Of a stretch of 48,147 bases of DNA, positions 36,343 through 43,413 are shown piece after piece (positions within the stretch are counted from its first letter, which is position 1; each line of letters begins with the position of its first letter). The translations under genes and the position numbers were made by a program. The notes under the pieces were generated by a model, which ran no database searches, was not told where the DNA came from, and saw nothing but the letters and a program-made list of their open reading frames with translations. This DNA is from a phage. The stretch lies in the sequence record PV636260.1. One strand, given 5' to 3'.

Positions 36343-36394
36343 ATAGCACTTTTTGCAAAACGCGTGTACCATTGGCGGTGTATCATTCACACCG
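36343..36394 (+). promoter_or_regulatory. repeated element (ATAGCACTTTTTGCAAAAC) plus hairpin with TATCAT
   Basis: Followed by RBS AAAGGAG and start at 36416. Confidence 0.5.
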
Positions 36395-36415
36395 TCAACA
36401 AAGGAGTTTATTGTG

Positions 36416-37984
36416 ATGTTTAATATTAAGCCAAAACTGAATTACCAACAGATTATTGAGATCGCAAATAGCACTGGAGTTAATCCGGTGGCGATCGCAA
36501 TTCGTGAAAACAGCTATGGGGATTCAGTTTCGTTTTGGCAAGATCCGATCGATATAAACAGTGGAAACGATAAGTTCCCGCTGATTTCGTTAGGTGGCGA
36601 TAACCTGGTATTCGAATATGCAAAGGCAAAGGCTGAGTCTGTACAGTTCCCTGTTTCGTCTGCGTACGCTCATTTCATTGGGTGCATCTCAGCCGCGATG
36701 CTCGGGAAGTTTTGGGTGCAATATCACGGAGAAGAGCAACCGACAGCTCTTTACATGGTGATTAGCCAGCCACCTTCAACGGGTAAATCCGCGATTAACT
36801 CAGCGGCAATTACACCTATGCGTGCAGAGATTCAGCGACTGAATGAAGAGCGAAAAAAGGAACGTATCCGCTTAACCAGTCAGCTACGTCAGGTCGAGAA
36901 GGAAATTAAAAACGACCCGAAGGGTAACACGACGGCGGCGCTGTACGAGGACAAAGAAAAACTGGAAGAGAAGATCAAGAAGATGGCTGATATTGTTTTC
37001 GCGGTATCAGATCCTACACCTGAAGGTCTAGCGAAGGTAGCTGCTGTTCAAGGTCATTTCTCCGTAATCTCTGATGAGGCGACAGCAATCAATACATTGC
37101 TCGGCCTGACTTATGGTGGTTCAGACAAGAAATCAAATAGTGAGCTTATCCTTAAGGCGTGGGATAAAAACCATATGGAGGTGGCGCGTTCCAACCAGGA
37201 TAACAACTTGTCCCTTTGCCCGGTCGGTTCCATCTGCGTTATTGCGCAAGATGAAACAATCAAGGGCATCATGGACGCAGGCCAACGAGGCATCGGCGTA
37301 TCTGAGCGTTTCCTTTTAGTTCGTGAGGAACCGCTTTTAGGTACTCGTATTCTTTGTGATGAAAATGGTGATGCGCTGTATAAGGAAGTCGATCGAGGAT
37401 TGGTGAGTAAATATTATCGACTCGTGCACAACATCATGAAAGAGGATAACGTTGTTCTCTATGTAAGCCGTAATGCTATGCGTGAATTAAACCTTGCGCG
37501 TCAGGCGATGGAACCGGATTTCGCCGCAGGTGGGAAATACTCTCACTCAATGCTACGCGGTCATCTCGGCAAGTTCGATAAGCACGCCTTGCGTATTGCT
37601 TCAGTTCTCCACACGATCAAGAATTGGGAGGGTGAATCACCGAACCGTTCCAACCGTGAGATTGACCTTGAAACAATGCAAGAAGCGATCATGATTTTCA
37701 ATGAGCTTTCCAGGACTTATCTGTCGTCTGCCAGCGCTGCCGGGTATGCTGGTGATGAGGCTGAATCTCGTAAGCTGATTGATGTTATCACTGAGATCGC
37801 AAAGAAGAATAAAGGGCGCGCTCCTATTCATAGCATCGTTGCAAAGTGCCGGAACGTTACGCCGTTCAACGGTCAACAGAAAGTATCTGAGCGAATCGAC
37901 AGCCTGCTGATCACGCTCGAAGAGATGAACTACACTTGCCGCATTGATGATATTGTTTTCATCAATCCTAGACTGATGGGTTAA
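36416..37984 (+). CDS. putative ATPase with degenerate Walker A (QPPSTGKS)
   Basis: Start moved to ATG 36416 after AAAGGAG; the track start 36353 lies inside the regulatory element. Confidence 0.55.
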   Translation: MFNIKPKLNYQQIIEIANSTGVNPVAIAIRENSYGDSVSFWQDPIDINSGNDKFPLISLGGDNLVFEYAKAKAESVQFPVSSAYAHFIGCISAAMLGKFWVQYHGEEQPTALYMVISQPPSTGKSAINSAAITPMRAEIQRLNEERKKERIRLTSQLRQVEKEIKNDPKGNTTAALYEDKEKLEEKIKKMADIVFAVSDPTPEGLAKVAAVQGHFSVISDEATAINTLLGLTYGGSDKKSNSELILKAWDKNHMEVARSNQDNNLSLCPVGSICVIAQDETIKGIMDAGQRGIGVSERFLLVREEPLLGTRILCDENGDALYKEVDRGLVSKYYRLVHNIMKEDNVVLYVSRNAMRELNLARQAMEPDFAAGGKYSHSMLRGHLGKFDKHALRIASVLHTIKNWEGESPNRSNREIDLETMQEAIMIFNELSRTYLSSASAAGYAGDEAESRKLIDVITEIAKKNKGRAPIHSIVAKCRNVTPFNGQQKVSERIDSLLITLEEMNYTCRIDDIVFINPRLMG

Positions 37985-37988
37985 TGAT

Positions 37989-38396
37989 ATGCTGCTTCTT
38001 TTAGATCTGTTCAGGTTCTGCGAAGGTTACGACAAATACACTCGACAGCACATAGCGAAATTTATATACGCCCACAAGGAAAGTGAGCGATTTGCTAAGG
38101 CCGCAGGAATGACTCGTCGTGAATTTACAAGCGCGCTATCTAAGGAGTTTTGCTCACGCTGTGTAACTGAGGGTTATCTTGATTGCAGGGATGGGTTTTA
38201 CTGGTGCAAGGGAAAGATTAAGCGCCCGGTAATGATGAAGCTGATGTGTATTGATGGCTACAACAATCGGTATACGTGGGAAATGATGCACATTGGAGAG
38301 ATGAGTGATGAGGATTTGTTTGGCGAACGTAGAAACATTGATAGATCGGAACGTCGAATTGTGCGCAAGGCTCCAGCTTACGAAAGAAGAATTTGA
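37989..38396 (+). CDS. hypothetical Cys-rich protein
   Basis: CSRCVTEGYLDCRDGFYWCKGK cysteine cluster. Confidence 0.5.
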   Translation: MLLLLDLFRFCEGYDKYTRQHIAKFIYAHKESERFAKAAGMTRREFTSALSKEFCSRCVTEGYLDCRDGFYWCKGKIKRPVMMKLMCIDGYNNRYTWEMMHIGEMSDEDLFGERRNIDRSERRIVRKAPAYERRI

Positions 38397-38508
38397 GCAA
38401 GGGTTGTTGAGTCTGTTGCTCACTTCAATGAGGGCCAGTAACGAAAGCGAGCATAATCTTTGCGACCAGGAGGGGGAGTTACTACTTAACGTAAAAAGGT
38501 ACAAATAA
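38308..38508 (+). CDS. hypothetical protein (uncertain, overlaps the 3' end of the previous gene out of frame)
   Basis: RBS GGAGAG before ATG; ends at the bidirectional terminator. Confidence 0.3.
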   Translation: MRICLANVETLIDRNVELCARLQLTKEEFEQGLLSLLLTSMRASNESEHNLCDQEGELLLNVKRYK

Positions 38509-38509
38509 C

Positions 38510-38535
38510 AAAGGAGGCTAAGCCTCCTTTTTTTC
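38510..38535. terminator. bidirectional intrinsic terminator closing the rightward block and the lysis cassette
   Basis: AGGAGGCTAAGCCTCCT + T7; hairpin spans the spanin stop codon. Confidence 0.75.
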
Positions 38536-38922
38536 GTCCTTACGAAGTGAAAAATAAACCAGCAATAGACCGATAAAAACGAGAATCCAGCCAACGATAG
38601 CATCGTACCAGTTTTCCGGTTTTGTTACTGTGATGCTTTCAGCGTTAACCGTGTTAGCCTTAATGGTTGACACTTCAATTGACTTCTTCAAGGAAGAGTC
38701 AATCTTTCCTACATTGGACTTCTCAACTTTAACATCTCGCTTATCTTCGGATTTTGCGGTTACTCCTGCTAATTGCTTTGTGTTCTCCTCTCCGATTTGT
38801 GCTGTAACTTCCGGTTTAGATCCGATTAAACCGCTCAGGGCAGATGCCGTCGAACAACCGGATAGGGAAATAACGCCAACAGCCACTGCAATCGCAATGC
38901 ACGTTTTCTTCAGTTTCATCAT
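38518..38922 (-). CDS. unimolecular spanin (u-spanin)
   Basis: N-terminal lipoprotein signal with lipobox LSGC and a C-terminal TM helix ([16 protein letters not shown]); the topology described for T1 gp11. Confidence 0.75.
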   Translation of the reverse strand: MMKLKKTCIAIAVAVGVISLSGCSTASALSGLIGSKPEVTAQIGEENTKQLAGVTAKSEDKRDVKVEKSNVGKIDSSLKKSIEVSTIKANTVNAESITVTKPENWYDAIVGWILVFIGLLLVYFSLRKDEKKEA

Positions 38923-39407
38923 AATTCCTTAACGCAATACGCGTATTCTTCAGCGCGTCGGTTCTTTAGTCCTCTAGACACTTCGCGCTTTTTGGTTTTT
39001 GGGTTGTAGTAGTATACCCATCGCCATAACTGATTGCACGCTTCCTTGTGCTTACTCTGATTTATTAGCTTAAGCATTGTAGAAGATCCGAACGCGCCAG
39101 TACCGACGTTGAAAGTGAAACTGTACAGTGACGCGCGCATCGTTACCGGAATATCAACATTCACCTTTTTGTCAACGTATCGCTGAGCGACTACGATATG
39201 TTTTATCAGCAATGCATCGCATTCTCGCTTAGTGTATTTCTTGCCAGGTATGACGTCCGGCCCGGTTATTCCGCTGCATACTGTAGGGACTCCGGCTATA
39301 TCGTAATACACCTCGTATTCTATCCCTTCGATTCGTTCCAGTAGTGTAGGTGTCAACGTCAAAGCGGCCCCGATCGATGCGCCTATAACGTTATTTTTTA
39401 AGCTCAT
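38919..39407 (-). CDS. SAR-type endolysin, glycoside hydrolase family 24 lysozyme
   Basis: N-terminal weakly hydrophobic Gly/Ala-rich segment; catalytic motif E-G-x(5)-Y-x-D-x(2)-G-x(2)-T-x(3)-G. Confidence 0.75.
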   Translation of the reverse strand: MSLKNNVIGASIGAALTLTPTLLERIEGIEYEVYYDIAGVPTVCSGITGPDVIPGKKYTKRECDALLIKHIVVAQRYVDKKVNVDIPVTMRASLYSFTFNVGTGAFGSSTMLKLINQSKHKEACNQLWRWVYYYNPKTKKREVSRGLKNRRAEEYAYCVKEL

Positions 39408-39622
39408 TATCTCCCCCTGATCTTAAGCGCCTTATTTAGATCGCCATCGTTTAACGCTTCCTGAATCGCCTTACTATCACGATACTTCCAGTATGCTCCC
39501 CAAGCGCCAAAAAGCAGAAAGCAAATGAATGTAGCGCCAGCAATGTAAAGTTGCCCGGTAGCGGCCCCGACTAATGAAGCGCCGCCAGTGCTGGACGTCG
39601 CAGCTGTTAAAAATTCTTTCAT
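39407..39622 (-). CDS. holin (71 aa, probably pinholin type)
   Basis: Start at ATG 39622 after GGTGAG; two hydrophobic segments and a charged C-terminus; 1-nt overlap with endolysin. Confidence 0.65.
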   Translation of the reverse strand: MKEFLTAATSSTGGASLVGAATGQLYIAGATFICFLLFGAWGAYWKYRDSKAIQEALNDGDLNKALKIRGR

Positions 39623-39656
39623 AATCTCACCATATATTTTTTGAACAAGTGAGTCG

Positions 39657-39685
39657 ATTTTAACCTTCAAATTTATTTGATACAA
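39657..39685 (-). promoter_or_regulatory. sigma70-type promoter for the lysis cassette
   Basis: Minus strand TTGTAT - 17 bp - TAAAAT, about 35 nt upstream of the holin ATG. Confidence 0.5.
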
Positions 39686-39694
39686 CGCAAAAAG

Positions 39695-39725
39695 GCCAGC
39701 ATGTAAATCATGCCAGCCTGTAAGG
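39695..39725 (-). terminator. terminator-like imperfect hairpin + T5 between the small gene and holin
   Basis: GGCTGGCATG-N5-CATGCTGGCC then TTTTTG. Confidence 0.4.
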
Positions 39726-39740
39726 TGATGAATGATATTG

Positions 39741-39917
39741 TTAATCTATCGCAATAAATTCCAGGTAGTGACCGTTCAGAGGCGCTTGGATTGCTGAACC
39801 TCGCCCGTCGTAAATCTCAAATAATCCCCCACAGAAATCATAACCAACACTATAGATCTGATTTACACGGAATGGAAGTGTCTTGGAGTCATTTCGGATG
39901 CACTTAACTAGCTTCAT
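39741..39917 (-). CDS. 58-aa hypothetical protein (not in ORF track)
   Basis: RBS AAAGAGG before ATG 39917; preceded by repeated element and hairpin. Confidence 0.45.
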   Translation of the reverse strand: MKLVKCIRNDSKTLPFRVNQIYSVGYDFCGGLFEIYDGRGSAIQAPLNGHYLEFIAID

Positions 39918-39950
39918 GATATAGCCTCTTTGTTTCGATGTGGTTACTAT

Positions 39951-39990
39951 GCCCGAATCCCTTCGGGCGTTTTTATCAATTAGTGCGATC
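39951..39990 (-). promoter_or_regulatory. variant repeated element (GCACTAATTGATAAAAAC) plus hairpin
   Basis: Hairpin GCCCGAA-N4-TTCGGGC followed by TAGTAA. Confidence 0.45.
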
Positions 39991-41131
39991 CTGTCATTTC
40001 TGGACGATAGATGAAGCGACCTATTTCCCCAAACTGCTTATCGTAAACAATTACAGCCGCTTGGCGATATGAGCGCCACCCTCCGCGTGCTGCGTATGCA
40101 TCTTTCGCGCCTAACTGACCGTGCACTTCATCAATACCAAGCGAGTGCTCAGTGATTGTCTGGTGATGCCAGTGACCACTATGAGTATACACATACTTGC
40201 TCTCGCCGAAGTCTGATCGGAAATCTGCGGCCATTGCTGCAAGTCGCGTGTCTGCCTTTTTCATAGTGTGCCCGTGAGTGTATCCCAACAAGGTATTTCC
40301 CCAACGAGTCTTATGCAGAATCATAGGACTAACGTCAACGAATACTCGCGGCTCGTCTTCATAATATGCCGACATTGCAGCGCGTAGCCAAATCATCCCT
40401 GCCTGGTCGTGGTTCCCTTCGATAACCTGGACTTCGACTTCCTTGTGTTTCAGTAGCATTTTGTCGATAGCGCGACGAACAGATCTAATAGCTACATGCA
40501 CCAATTTTGCATATCGTGAATCCTGATCCAGAACGTGACCACTTGCCGGGGTAACAGCATCAAGACCGTCCGAGTGAAGGAAGTCACCGCCGATTAAAAG
40601 AACGGCCTTCTCTGCGTTCGGAGCAATATCGATCGCGTAATTAAAGAAGTCGCTAAGCACTTTTTCCGCTACGTCGGTAGAGTAGTTCTCTCCACATTCA
40701 TGCTTATGAGCAAGCGCGCCAATGTGAAGATCGAATACCGGGTAGAGTGCCAGCTTGCCAATAGCGGTTGTAAGACCTTGCGATGTGAGTAGCTCAGTTG
40801 GCTTTGCTCGCGGCAAGTCTTCACAAAATGCAATGCGTGCAGCTTCCATCATAGCGGCAATCTTCTCACGGTCCTGATCGGTCTTAACCCATCGCACGAC
40901 CTCAGTCCCATCACCGCGAATCATTGTTGATGTGCCTTTTACCATGAAGCCTTCAGGAACGTTTTTAGCAACATGCTCATTGCCGTGAAAGTGGCCTTCT
41001 TTTGCCAATTTTGCGTGTCGAGCCTCAACAGTGCGAATATGCATACCGTACTTTTCCGCGATCTCGCGAAGTGTAAGTCCGTTCATACGTTCTTCGATAA
41101 GTTGCTCGGTAGTGATTTTAGCTTGTGACAT
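39980..41131 (-). CDS. calcineurin-like metallophosphoesterase with N-terminal HTH domain
   Basis: HTH-like LTLREIAEKYGMHIRTVEARHAKL; phosphoesterase motifs GGDFLH and GNHD. Confidence 0.7.
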   Translation of the reverse strand: MSQAKITTEQLIEERMNGLTLREIAEKYGMHIRTVEARHAKLAKEGHFHGNEHVAKNVPEGFMVKGTSTMIRGDGTEVVRWVKTDQDREKIAAMMEAARIAFCEDLPRAKPTELLTSQGLTTAIGKLALYPVFDLHIGALAHKHECGENYSTDVAEKVLSDFFNYAIDIAPNAEKAVLLIGGDFLHSDGLDAVTPASGHVLDQDSRYAKLVHVAIRSVRRAIDKMLLKHKEVEVQVIEGNHDQAGMIWLRAAMSAYYEDEPRVFVDVSPMILHKTRWGNTLLGYTHGHTMKKADTRLAAMAADFRSDFGESKYVYTHSGHWHHQTITEHSLGIDEVHGQLGAKDAYAARGGWRSYRQAAVIVYDKQFGEIGRFIYRPEMTGSH

Positions 41132-41209
41132 ATTTTAATCCTTACATGATAATGAAATACATTACTGAAAATGAAATTAGCGGTGTTAATACTACAGCAA
41201 AATAAAGTC

Positions 41210-41611
41210 TCATGCCACAGCCTTTAACCAGAATCCTAGATCTGAAGATTTAAACTCAACTAGTTTTCCATCAACCTCAAGCATCATACTGTTTCTACCT
41301 GGTGAGTAATAACCTATATGCAACTCTTGCTCGATCCCAATAGTGCAAAGCACGTTAACGAAGTCAGGAGGCAACCAATCAGAGAAAGGGATTTGCTTAA
41401 CCTGCTTCTTTCCGATCCATATAGTCTGGTAATCTTCTTCGTTAATGTTTAAGCCTGGAAGACTTGTTGTTCTTTGATGTTTTTCGTTCTCGCTCAATTC
41501 TCTTTCCCTCTTCACGATAAAACTCAAGTGACGGAGTTGCTGGCACTCTATGCATTTTTCTCGGCATATCCTCCATAAATGAAATCTTGCCATTTGAGAT
41601 AATGCTAACAT
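41210..41611 (-). CDS. hypothetical protein (frame B; overlaps 41442..41714 out of frame)
   Basis: ORF track; start unclear. Confidence 0.35.
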   Translation of the reverse strand: MLALSQMARFHLWRICREKCIECQQLRHLSFIVKRERELSENEKHQRTTSLPGLNINEEDYQTIWIGKKQVKQIPFSDWLPPDFVNVLCTIGIEQELHIGYYSPGRNSMMLEVDGKLVEFKSSDLGFWLKAVA

Positions 41612-41714
41612 CCTTTATATCGAAATATTTCGCTATTAGTGCTATATCGTCTGAGATTCCGCACTCCTTCGCGTGCTCCCAAACCTCTCGTTTACCTTGT
41701 TTTTTTATCAGCAT
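41442..41714 (-). CDS. hypothetical protein (frame A)
   Basis: RBS GGAGAA before ATG 41714; the C-terminal third is low-complexity basic. Confidence 0.4.
   Translation of the reverse strand: MLIKKQGKREVWEHAKECGISDDIALIAKYFDIKDVSIISNGKISFMEDMPRKMHRVPATPSLEFYREEGKRIERERKTSKNNKSSRLKH
41627..41646 (-). promoter_or_regulatory. intragenic copy of the repeated element (ATAGCACTAATAGCGAAAT)
   Basis: Sequence match inside frame A, just upstream of the frame B start. Confidence 0.35.
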
Positions 41715-41901
41715 TGGTTAGTTTCTCCACGCTTTCAATAAAACACTCAACATCTTTGACTGAGCAGAGGTAATAAGCCATTTTAAGGAAGTTCATAGCA
41801 ATATCCCAATCAAAGTTACCGCCTTTCTTGTCAGTGATATGAACAGCCATTTTTGCGGACTGTTGAGCGATATTGAAAAAGTTTGCGTTAATGCGTGCCA
41901 T
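41692..41901 (-). CDS. hypothetical protein (start revised to ATG 41901)
   Basis: RBS GAGGAATCAGAAG. Confidence 0.5.
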   Translation of the reverse strand: MARINANFFNIAQQSAKMAVHITDKKGGNFDWDIAMNFLKMAYYLCSVKDVECFIESVEKLTNADKKTR

Positions 41902-41938
41902 CTTCTGATTCCTCATTTCGTTTCTATGAAATAACTAT

Positions 41939-41977
41939 ACCCGACTTTCGCCGGGTATTTTTAGCAATTAGTGCTGT
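41939..41977 (-). promoter_or_regulatory. repeated element (AGCACTAATTGCTAAAAAT) plus hairpin, TATAGT after the hairpin
   Basis: Hairpin ACCCG-N8-CGGGT. Confidence 0.5.
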
Positions 41978-42219
41978 ACGATTGTATCAGCTTTAAGTTC
42001 TTCCACGTCTTTCTGTATGATTGAAGGCCAATTCTCTATGTATTCATTTTTTATCTCATCGAAAGACATATCAAGAGAACTAGTGAACTCCCACAGATCG
42101 CAACCAATAACATCCTGAGTCAATCCGTTTCGCTCCATAATTTCGCAGCAGGTAGCTCGATAAAGCAGCCATAAACCTTGATCAGTTAACTTAACCGGAA
42201 TCATTTTCTCGTTAATCAT
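41968..42219 (-). CDS. hypothetical protein
   Basis: ATGA coupling with the dam stop; RBS GAGGAAAG. Confidence 0.5.
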   Translation of the reverse strand: MINEKMIPVKLTDQGLWLLYRATCCEIMERNGLTQDVIGCDLWEFTSSLDMSFDEIKNEYIENWPSIIQKDVEELKADTIVQH

Positions 42220-42929
42220 ACTTTCCTCACTTTTGCGCGATTGTTTTTCACCGAAGGGCAAATGCTTGTGATTGGGATATAGTGAGTTTGCTGCGTCTCA
42301 CCCTCTTTAAGTTCGCGCATAATGAAAATTACCGAACCTTTGTTGTTACCGTCAACCGCCTTTCCTGTTTCACCGGATATGAACGCCAGGCGACCTGATC
42401 GTGCATATTCATTGCCGTCAATATCCTCAGTCAAGTCAGCTTCAATCCAGATGATTTCAGCCGCGTGCTGTCGAGCCTCAGTAAACCACGCCGTCGAGTT
42501 ATCGGCAGGTAAAAGAATATCGATCTGGTTGTTGTGCTCCATTTGCTCAATCGCTTTCTTGACGAATATATCAGGTCGACTGTAAGGAGGATTTAACCAT
42601 ACGTGCTTATTTTTACCCCACCAACGTTTTAAGCAGTTTGTTTCCTGGGAATAAAACTTCTCGCAAACTTTATTTTCTTCGCTTGCCGCAGCGTCGAGAT
42701 CATATTTTTCGTAGCGACCCTCAAGGTATGCGATAACCTCGCGTGGGGTTGACCATAAATCACGAACGGCGTCAGGTGTATTGGTTCCCTTGTATCTACG
42801 GCCTGAAATCTCTTTGCAGGTCGGCGTTTTCAGTGCCTGATAATAACAGCCTGATGCTATTGCTTCACGAGTGAATGAGCACCCAGTATCTGCAAAGTCT
42901 ATGGTTTCGATATCATTAAAGTCTTTCAT
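42216..42929 (-). CDS. dam: DNA N6-adenine methyltransferase (Dam-like)
   Basis: Catalytic motif NPPY (WLNPPYS); RBS GAGAGGAA. Confidence 0.8.
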   Translation of the reverse strand: MKDFNDIETIDFADTGCSFTREAIASGCYYQALKTPTCKEISGRRYKGTNTPDAVRDLWSTPREVIAYLEGRYEKYDLDAAASEENKVCEKFYSQETNCLKRWWGKNKHVWLNPPYSRPDIFVKKAIEQMEHNNQIDILLPADNSTAWFTEARQHAAEIIWIEADLTEDIDGNEYARSGRLAFISGETGKAVDGNNKGSVIFIMRELKEGETQQTHYIPITSICPSVKNNRAKVRKV

Positions 42930-42961
42930 TTTTATTCCTCTCGTTTTGGTGAGGTAATAAT

Positions 42962-43002
42962 GCCAGATTCCATTCCGGCATGTTTAGCAAAAAGTGCTAT
43001 TT
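42962..43002 (-). promoter_or_regulatory. repeated element (ATAGCACTTTTTGCTAAAC) plus hairpin upstream of dam
   Basis: TAG stop of the VRR-NUC gene lies within the element. Confidence 0.5.
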
Positions 43003-43413
43003 CATCATTTCGTATATTGCGATCTTGAATTGCTCAAATCCGTATGCAACGGCAGAGAATCCACCGCGATCCCGAACCTTTTTGAGAAACTCCCTTTGCT
43101 TATCGCTGACTGGTGACGCCTTTCCCTTGCCGGACTTATTAACCCGTTTGAGTTCGATAGCTGCGAACGGGTAACGTGAGTTTACACCAATCAGGATAAC
43201 GAAATCTGAAACACCTTTAAGTAATCCAGCCTGCTCATCCCTGAGTGCTGAAGTGATTGTTTTTTCACCTTCATTTACAGTGTGCCAAAATAGAAGGTGT
43301 GGAAAGTTGTATTTCAGCCAGGAAACGCAATCTACCTGATGAGCGTCCTCCTTTCTAGTGTCGCTAGGATCTCGATCGTAAAACTCTAAGTAATCGCCTT
43401 TATCTGTAATCAT
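42997..43413 (-). CDS. VRR-NUC domain nuclease
   Basis: Motifs VSDFVIL and AIELKR typical of VRR-NUC; ATGA coupling with helicase. Confidence 0.65.
   Translation of the reverse strand: MITDKGDYLEFYDRDPSDTRKEDAHQVDCVSWLKYNFPHLLFWHTVNEGEKTITSALRDEQAGLLKGVSDFVILIGVNSRYPFAAIELKRVNKSGKGKASPVSDKQREFLKKVRDRGGFSAVAYGFEQFKIAIYEMMK

Noticed and set aside
36353-36415. Track start at 36353 for the 543-aa ATPase ORF
   Set aside because: The first 21 codons cover the regulatory element and hairpin; an ATG at 36416 with RBS AAAGGAG is the likelier start
26838-43002. Interpreting the intergenic GC hairpins as intrinsic terminators
   Set aside because: In the direction of transcription they are followed by an RBS and start codon, not by a U-tract, and the genuine terminators in this genome all have 6-8 T runs
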